From: Eubacteriales Family XIII. Incertae Sedis bacterium
Lineage (GTDB): Bacteria; Bacillota; Clostridia; Peptostreptococcales; Anaerovoracaceae
Assembly (NCBI GenBank): GCA_031266025.1
Contig: JAISBV010000105.1
Span: 5,986 to 69,985 of the forward strand
DNA: 64,000 nt
Direction of reading: 5' to 3'
Within the stretch, counting starts at the first letter, position 1. The number at the start of each line of letters is the position of its first letter. A program made the translations under genes and the position numbers. Below the pieces are notes generated by a model that saw only the letters and a program-made list of their open reading frames with translations, was not told the origin of the DNA and did not search any database. Positions 58,153 through 64,000 of this stretch are shown piece after piece.

Positions 58153-59442
58153 ATGGGAAAAATTGATCTCGAAAAACTCATATTATTCGGTAATGTGCGC
58201 GAGGACGCCGCAGTTTGCAAGGCGGTCGAGATATCCGGCGCGCTGTACAGCGAAAGCTCCTCGCTTTCCGCGAGCGACGGGCCGGTGCGCATGTATTATG
58301 ACGTGCAGCGAGAGCTTTTGTCAAAATATGAAAATATACGGGGCAACCGAGGCGCAAAACGCGCGCCGACATACTGGAAACGCCATATTTTGGGACTCAT
58401 CATCGGGGATGAGAACGCGTTTTCACTCTCTTCGGAACGCGGCTGTTTCGACAATGATCTCATAGCCTTGGCCGCTGTTGAAATACCGACGCTGAAAGCG
58501 CTCTATGAATTGGACTGGAATCGCATAGCCGCTGTATTCGGCGGCGAGACCTCATGCGTCGCGAACATGCGTCCAACGCCGGCCGAAGGCGAATCCGCCG
58601 GCGCCGCGCCGGACGCCGTGCTTTTGACGCCCGACGCGAACGACGCGGCCCGTGCTCTGGCCGAATACTACTCGCGTGAAGGCTGCGGCGTATTGGCCGA
58701 TTACGCCGCGTTCAGATGGGAGACCGGGCTTGTGGGCGTGAGAGACCGCGATTCCGTCAGTTTCGATGATTTGATCGGTTATGAACGGCAGAAGGAACAG
58801 ATCATCGAAAACGCGGAATTTTTCGTCAGCGGAAAACCGTACAGCAATATGCTACTTTATGGGGATCGCGGTACGGGCAAATCGTCGAGCGTGAAGGCGC
58901 TTTTGAATATGTTCAGACCGCGCGGCCTCAGGCTCGTGGCTTTGCCAAAGGCGGATATAGACGCTCTGCCGGTTCTGACGGACGCGCTCGCGCCGCGCGG
59001 CTGCAAGTTCATCGTATTTATAGACGATCTGTCATTCGAAGAAAACGAAACGGGGTACAAATCCTTTAAATCCGCGCTTGAAGGCAGCGTGCGTTCGCAG
59101 CCCGCGAATATTCTGGTTTGCGCCACGTCGAATCGCCGCAATATCATAAAAGAAGTTTGGCGTGAGCGGGAAGACAGGGATGAGATCAACTTGAACGACG
59201 CGCTTCAGGAAAAGCGTTCATTGGCTGATCGCTTCGGCTTGACGGTCACGTTCAGCGCGCCCGACAAATCCGAATACCTTGATATCGTGCGCGGCTTGGC
59301 GCGGCGCGAAGGGCTTGAGACCGACGAGAATGAGCTCACGGGCTTGGCCTTGCAGTGGGAGCTTAGGCACAGCGGACGCTCGGGGCGCGCGGCGCGGCAA
59401 TTCGTAAACTATATGCTGTCCAGAACGGCGTTCGAGCGTTGA
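58153..59442 (+). CDS. DUF815-type AAA ATPase
   Basis: YGDRGTGKSS Walker A, FIVFIDDLSFE Walker B and CATSNRRN. The start is uncertain because the RBS is weak. Confidence 0.7.
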   Translation: MGKIDLEKLILFGNVREDAAVCKAVEISGALYSESSSLSASDGPVRMYYDVQRELLSKYENIRGNRGAKRAPTYWKRHILGLIIGDENAFSLSSERGCFDNDLIALAAVEIPTLKALYELDWNRIAAVFGGETSCVANMRPTPAEGESAGAAPDAVLLTPDANDAARALAEYYSREGCGVLADYAAFRWETGLVGVRDRDSVSFDDLIGYERQKEQIIENAEFFVSGKPYSNMLLYGDRGTGKSSSVKALLNMFRPRGLRLVALPKADIDALPVLTDALAPRGCKFIVFIDDLSFEENETGYKSFKSALEGSVRSQPANILVCATSNRRNIIKEVWREREDRDEINLNDALQEKRSLADRFGLTVTFSAPDKSEYLDIVRGLARREGLETDENELTGLALQWELRHSGRSGRAARQFVNYMLSRTAFER

Positions 59443-59488
59443 TTCGTCCGCATTCGAAACATATGCGCGACATTGGAGGTTCCGGCGT

Positions 59489-60232
59489 TTGAGAAGTTTC
59501 CTGCGAAATCCCTTTTCCCTGATACTGATCCTTATTATGGCCGTACGCGCCACGAGAGGCGGCAGCTTCAGCGACCCCGTCGCTTGGCTTTTCGATATGA
59601 TCATGCTCATTCCGGGGCTTGCCATAGGCATTTCCGTACATGAGTTTGCCCACGCGAAGGCCGCGGATATGCTCGGTGATCCTACGCCGCGCACGGAAGG
59701 GCGCGTTACGCTGAACCCTGTCAGGCATTTCGACGCCATAGGGTTTTTAGCTTTGCTGCTTATAGGCTTCGGCTGGGGCAAACCCGTCCGGATATCACCG
59801 TACAATTTCAAAAATATACGCAGGTCAAGCTTTATCGTGTCCATAGCCGGCGTCGTAATGAACTTCATAATCGCTTTCTTGTTTTTCGGAATATATTACG
59901 GTTTCAATATTTACGTGTTTCGCGGCGGCTTCATAAATTCGCAATTGTCCGCCGCGCTTACGCCCATCCTTATGAACATAATTTGGATCAATCTGGCGCT
60001 TATGATATTCAACCTGCTGCCCGTTCCTCCGCTTGACGGCTTCAACATCCTAACGGAGATATTCGACCTCAGGCGTTATCAATTTTGGAATACCCTGTAC
60101 AATTACGGCTTTGCTATACTGATTGTTCTGATTATGCTCGGCGTTACGGGCCGCGTTATGACGCCGGCGCTCTCGTTTGTCGTCAACTTTATGGATACGG
60201 TATGGAGGTTCCTGCTGCAGTCCTTGTTATAG
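59489..60232 (+). CDS. M50-family (site-2 protease-like) membrane metalloprotease
   Basis: TTG start 10 nt after GGAGG. HEFAHA zinc motif and NLLPVPPLDG. The last 30 codons lie in direct-repeat copy 1. Confidence 0.85.
   Translation: MRSFLRNPFSLILILIMAVRATRGGSFSDPVAWLFDMIMLIPGLAIGISVHEFAHAKAADMLGDPTPRTEGRVTLNPVRHFDAIGFLALLLIGFGWGKPVRISPYNFKNIRRSSFIVSIAGVVMNFIIAFLFFGIYYGFNIYVFRGGFINSQLSAALTPILMNIIWINLALMIFNLLPVPPLDGFNILTEIFDLRRYQFWNTLYNYGFAILIVLIMLGVTGRVMTPALSFVVNFMDTVWRFLLQSLL
60129..60217. repeat. 89-bp direct repeat, left copy (attL-like), inside the M50 gene 3' end
   Basis: Base-for-base identical to 62302-62390. Confidence 0.95.
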
Positions 60233-60419
60233 CGCCCCGTCCATTTTCATTATTGGGGCGATTTCAAAAAGTCAATGGTTTTGGGAAAATGCAAAACAAA
60301 TGTAAACAACCTCCGTTTTGAGCGGAGGTAAAGAAAAAAATCGAAAGTTTCGGATTGATTGAATTGCAATCTGTTCGGAGTTTTCGAGGAAATTCAATAC
60401 AATATTCGGAGGTATGTTT

Positions 60420-61556
60420 ATGATAAATTCAATCGCATTTAAGGATTTCCGTGGTCTTGACGATGTTACCCTTTCGCTGTCGCAAGTCACTATGCTTACA
60501 GGGACAAACGGCGTGGGAAAAACCTCGGTACTTGAAGGTCTTTACTGCCTTTTCTCAGAGACAAGATTGGATGTTTCCCCGCTGTCCCGTTACAACAAAT
60601 CAATAGGAATAATGATCAATCAGGCGGCAAATGTTCCGGTTGGTTTCGCAGCAAGACAGAATTACAACTATAGGTTGTTCTGGGACGAGTGTCCTTCATA
60701 CGAACAAGCAGAATGTTCGGTATCCGCCAAGACAAACAACGGGCTTGCTTGGTCGTGGAAGTATCGCAAAGCAAAACTATCAGATTTGAGTTCGCAGATT
60801 ACGATGAACAACCCTGTGTCAGTAGATTCATCTACAGAATTTGCTCTTTGGAACTGGCAGACTACCGGACGAGTAAATGATAAGAAATCGCATCAATTTT
60901 TAAATGTTAATGAAAAGTTTAGCCGTGCACAAATCCTTGCGCAGGACGGTGGGTTATATCTGTTACCACTCGAAGGCAGAGCAATGAGCATTTGTAAGTA
61001 TCTTGATTTTGCATCAATTCGCTTGCAGCCTCAGAAGCTTTCTTTCAACACATCAAAGCAATTAACTGAGGCGTTGAAAATTATCAATCCTCGCGTCACT
61101 GATGTTCGCCTAACTGACATTGAAAGCGGATTGTCTGTTGTGCTTGATGACAGCAATTCTGTTACTCTTGGCACGATTGGGAATGGCGCAGTTACTTGGG
61201 CAAGTGCCTTGATTGCAATCTTTGATGTGATTGAATCTATAAAGAATGAACCACAAATGGATACGCCCGTTCTTTTGCTGATTGATGAAATGGGAGCAGG
61301 AATACATTACAGCATAATGCTTGATGTATGGAAGTATATTAATGCTTTCGCAAAACAAAACCCTAAAGTGCAGTTTGTTTTTACTTCTCATAGCGATGAT
61401 TGTATAAGGGCATACTGCAAAGCATTCTCGGATAGCGATGTAGCAAGAATAGTCCGCTTACACCAAAGCGCAGTAGACCATAAGGTTATTCCAACAGACT
61501 ATTTGAAAAGTCAGTTCAGTAAAATTGCTGAAGGGGACTGGGAGGTGCGCGGATGA
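60420..61556 (+). CDS. ABC/SMC-like AAA ATPase (AAA_15/AAA_21 type) of a two-gene candidate defence module
   Basis: ATG 60420 lies 7 nt after GGAGG; ATG 60414 is too close. N-terminal IAFKDFRGL plus Walker A GTNGVGKTS, Walker B VLLLIDEMGAGIH, H-loop FTSHS. Confidence 0.8.
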   Translation: MINSIAFKDFRGLDDVTLSLSQVTMLTGTNGVGKTSVLEGLYCLFSETRLDVSPLSRYNKSIGIMINQAANVPVGFAARQNYNYRLFWDECPSYEQAECSVSAKTNNGLAWSWKYRKAKLSDLSSQITMNNPVSVDSSTEFALWNWQTTGRVNDKKSHQFLNVNEKFSRAQILAQDGGLYLLPLEGRAMSICKYLDFASIRLQPQKLSFNTSKQLTEALKIINPRVTDVRLTDIESGLSVVLDDSNSVTLGTIGNGAVTWASALIAIFDVIESIKNEPQMDTPVLLLIDEMGAGIHYSIMLDVWKYINAFAKQNPKVQFVFTSHSDDCIRAYCKAFSDSDVARIVRLHQSAVDHKVIPTDYLKSQFSKIAEGDWEVRG

Positions 61557-62260
61557 CTAATAGATATAAATGGCTACTTGTTGTTGAGGGTGAAACGGAT
61601 GTTACAACATATAAGGACTTGTTAAAACGGTATGGTGTACCATCGGGGGATATTGCTTTATTCTCGGCAAGTGGAAAAGGCAACGTATGTAATGCTGAAA
61701 ATTGGGCATTCGTTCAATTCGATGATACTGATTTGCTCAGTACACTCATTCAAGATTCTGGTCGCACAGATTTTTGTGGCGTGATTTTGCTTGTGGATAC
61801 TGACGCAGATGGTAGTGCTATTTTTGAAAATTATAAGCGAAATACAGACACACGCCTACACTATGTTACAACGAGTAAGCCGCAAAAAGAACAAAGAGGG
61901 GAATGTTGGTATTTAGATTCACTAAACGGCGTTCAGGAAATACCCGTTTTGGGTATTGCGGTTCCGATGAATGGATCAGGATGTTTGGAAACAGACTTAC
62001 TTAACTCATATGGATTTCCGGTAGAAGGTCAAGATGAATATGCACAGTTTGTTGATATAATACAGAAATCGAGCTCTAATTGGCAAATTCCGCTTAAAAA
62101 TGATGGCACGAATTGGTGGAAGGAAAATAGCAAGGCAAAACTGGACAAGTTTATTTACTCCGCATTATCTCATGGATTTATGGTATCTCGCAGAACGCCG
62201 CAATTACCCTGTGAACCCTCGGTTATCGGGTATATTAAATTGGCTATCGGAATCTCGTAA
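61553..62260 (+). CDS. Toprim-like (OLD/DUF4435/DUF4276-like) protein coupled to the ATPase
   Basis: ATGA overlap with the ATPase stop. LLVVEGETD (E12/E14/D16), SASGKGNV, LLVDTDADG (D82/D84/D86), GCLETDLL (E146). Confidence 0.6.
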   Translation: MTNRYKWLLVVEGETDVTTYKDLLKRYGVPSGDIALFSASGKGNVCNAENWAFVQFDDTDLLSTLIQDSGRTDFCGVILLVDTDADGSAIFENYKRNTDTRLHYVTTSKPQKEQRGECWYLDSLNGVQEIPVLGIAVPMNGSGCLETDLLNSYGFPVEGQDEYAQFVDIIQKSSSNWQIPLKNDGTNWWKENSKAKLDKFIYSALSHGFMVSRRTPQLPCEPSVIGYIKLAIGIS

Positions 62261-62301
62261 ATACTGATACGACAACTATCTGTGAAGGGTCTTGTGCCTC
62301 A

Positions 62302-62390
62302 TGATTATGCTCGGCGTTACGGGCCGCGTTATGACGCCGGCGCTCTCGTTTGTCGTCAACTTTATGGATACGGTATGGAGGTTCCTGCTG
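62302..62390. repeat. 89-bp direct repeat, right copy (attR-like). Orphan duplicate of the M50 gene 3' end.
   Basis: Identical to 60129-60217. In the M50 frame it continues NPLLS and stops at TAG 62406-62408. Confidence 0.95.
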
Positions 62391-62609
62391 AATCCGCTGC
62401 TTTCGTAGTTACGGTTACCGATACTTTTGAGCTGAGGATCTGTCGGAAAATAACCTATGCATTTGACTTGCCCTTTTGTTCCCCGGCCGTGTTGCCGGAA
62501 CCCTTGAATACTACAAGTATTCGCGGAACCCGGCGCCTTGCCGGGACACAAAATTGCTGCGCCAACTGTACACTTTATTTTCCGACAGACCCTGAGTTCC
62601 GGCGATAAA

Positions 62610-62636
62610 TTAGCACTCTAATGTTTAGAGTGCTAA
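62610..62636. promoter_or_regulatory. CIRCE operator (HrcA binding site)
   Basis: Perfect TTAGCACTC-N9-GAGTGCTAA, 74 bp upstream of the clpB start. Confidence 0.9.
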
Positions 62637-62709
62637 TTTTGTGGTATAAACAGTTTAATAGGTTTTCGGCGGATTCGGTTCCGGTGCGTATGAGGAGGGA
62701 GGCACGATC

Positions 62710-64000
62710 ATGAATTTCGAAAAATTTACGCAGAACGCACAATCTGCGATGTTGGAATGTCAGAATATAGCGATTTCGGAGGGGCATCAGCAAATAGACG
62801 CGGAGCATATGCATCTTGCCCTGCTCATGCAGCAAGACGGTCTTATTCCCAAGCTTCTGAAACTTATGGACGTGAGCGCGGCGGAGATGATAGGGGAGCT
62901 GCAGTCGGAACTTGAGCGGCTGCCCAAGGTGCAGGGCGCGGGCGACAACATGTACACGACGCGGCGGCTCAATCAGATATTGGCGGCGGCCGGCAAGATA
63001 GCGGGGGATTTCAAGGATGAATTTGTCAGCGTGGAGCACATATACCTCGCCGTCATAGACGAGAGAGGAACGGCGGGCGCGAAGATACTGCGCAGACACG
63101 GCGTGACGCGCGAGAGCTTTCTGCGGGCGCTGACGACTGTGCGCGGCAATCAGCGCGTTACGAGTCAAAACCCCGAAAACAACTATGACGCGCTGAACAA
63201 ATACGGACGTGATCTCGTGCAAATGGCGAGGGAGGGTAAGCTCGACCCCGTTATCGGCCGCGACGCGGAGATACGCAATACTGTGCGTATACTGTCCAGA
63301 AGGACGAAGAATAACCCTGTTCTGATAGGCGAACCCGGCGTCGGCAAGACGGCCGTAGTCGAGGGATTGGCGCAGCGCATAAGGAGCGGGGATGTGCCGG
63401 AAGGGCTGAAGGACAAGACGATATACGCCCTCGACATGGGCGCGCTCATAGCCGGCGCCAAGTTTCGAGGCGAATTCGAAGAACGTCTTAAATCCGTGCT
63501 GAACGAAATAGAGAAGTCGGACGGCCGCATACTGCTGTTTATAGACGAGCTGCACAATATCGTCGGCGCGGGCAAGGCCGAGGGCGCGATGGACGCGGGC
63601 AACCTGCTCAAGCCGCTTTTGGCGCGCGGCGAGCTGCACTGCATCGGCGCCACGACCTTGGACGAATACAGGAAGTATATAGAGAAGGACGCCGCGCTCG
63701 AACGCAGATTTCAGAAGATATTCGTAGACCAGCCCACGGTTGAGGATACGATATCCATATTGCGCGGCCTGAAAGAACGATTTGAGATACATCACGGCGT
63801 CCGTATTACGGACGGAGCGCTCATAGCCTGCGCGACGCTTTCGGATCGTTACATCAGCGACCGCTTTCTGCCGGACAAAGCCATAGACCTCATGGACGAG
63901 GCCGCCGCCAAGATCCGCACGGAGATAGACAGCATGCCGGCCGAGCTCGACGAAGCGGCCCGCAAGATCATGCAGCTTGAAATAGAGAAGCAGGCGCTCG
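62710..64000 (+). CDS. clpB: ClpB disaggregase, N-terminal about 430 codons. The gene runs off the window and is absent from the ORF track.
   Basis: ATG behind GAGGAGGGAGG. Hand translation gives [39 protein letters not shown]..., Walker [10 protein letters not shown], Walker B LLFIDELH, and the start of the M-domain. Confidence 0.9.
   Translation, partial: MNFEKFTQNAQSAMLECQNIAISEGHQQIDAEHMHLALLMQQDGLIPKLLKLMDVSAAEMIGELQSELERLPKVQGAGDNMYTTRRLNQILAAAGKIAGDFKDEFVSVEHIYLAVIDERGTAGAKILRRHGVTRESFLRALTTVRGNQRVTSQNPENNYDALNKYGRDLVQMAREGKLDPVIGRDAEIRNTVRILSRRTKNNPVLIGEPGVGKTAVVEGLAQRIRSGDVPEGLKDKTIYALDMGALIAGAKFRGEFEERLKSVLNEIEKSDGRILLFIDELHNIVGAGKAEGAMDAGNLLKPLLARGELHCIGATTLDEYRKYIEKDAALERRFQKIFVDQPTVEDTISILRGLKERFEIHHGVRITDGALIACATLSDRYISDRFLPDKAIDLMDEAAAKIRTEIDSMPAELDEAARKIMQLEIEKQAL

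Noticed and set aside
62575-63795. 406-aa minus-strand ORF in the track
   Set aside because: It is antisense to a clearly recognisable clpB reading frame. That frame (plus strand, from 62710) is missing from the track only because it runs off the window. The minus-strand translation is Arg/Leu-rich with no motifs.

Overview
The window looks like chromosomal DNA from a high-GC Firmicute, probably Clostridia-like. Supporting signs are many SLH-domain surface proteins, RNase Y, a CIRCE operator and GGAGG-type ribosome-binding sites. Most of it is housekeeping. A seven-gene purine operon (purL-E-C-M-N-H-D) spans 3.1-12.7 kb. A cobalamin riboswitch drives a large SLH-anchored protein with transcobalamin-like domains (15.3-18.7 kb). 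A four-tRNA operon (Met/His/Gln/Cys) lies at 18.8-19.3 kb. Other genes are a GGDEF-EAL enzyme, deoD, a PPTase/decarboxylase/MBOAT cluster, a BceAB-like ABC pair, rny, nifS-thiI, a beta-CASP RNase, a sigma54 activator with an aminotransferase, glyA and clpB. Three AT-richer accessory patches stand out. (1) At 60.1-62.4 kb, a 2.1-kb cassette sits between two perfect 89-bp direct repeats and is inserted into the 3' end of an M50 protease gene. It carries a translationally coupled ABC-type ATPase and a Toprim-like protein, resembling a split OLD nuclease or PARIS system, and it has no integrase. I consider this the best candidate for a novel system. (2) At 35.8-41.3 kb there is a decayed defence/addiction island. 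It holds a frameshifted and 3'-truncated PLD-nuclease/N6-adenine methyltransferase fusion, a small serine recombinase, and a HipA-like kinase followed by a small ORF resembling the missing HipA N-terminal subdomain. (3) At 13.7-14.9 kb there is a solo, apparently soluble KAP P-loop NTPase. At least two families of palindromic MITE/REP-like repeats are scattered through the intergenic regions. Many long ORFs in the track are antisense or alternate-frame artefacts of GC-rich coding sequence. All calls rest on motif reading by eye; no searches were run.
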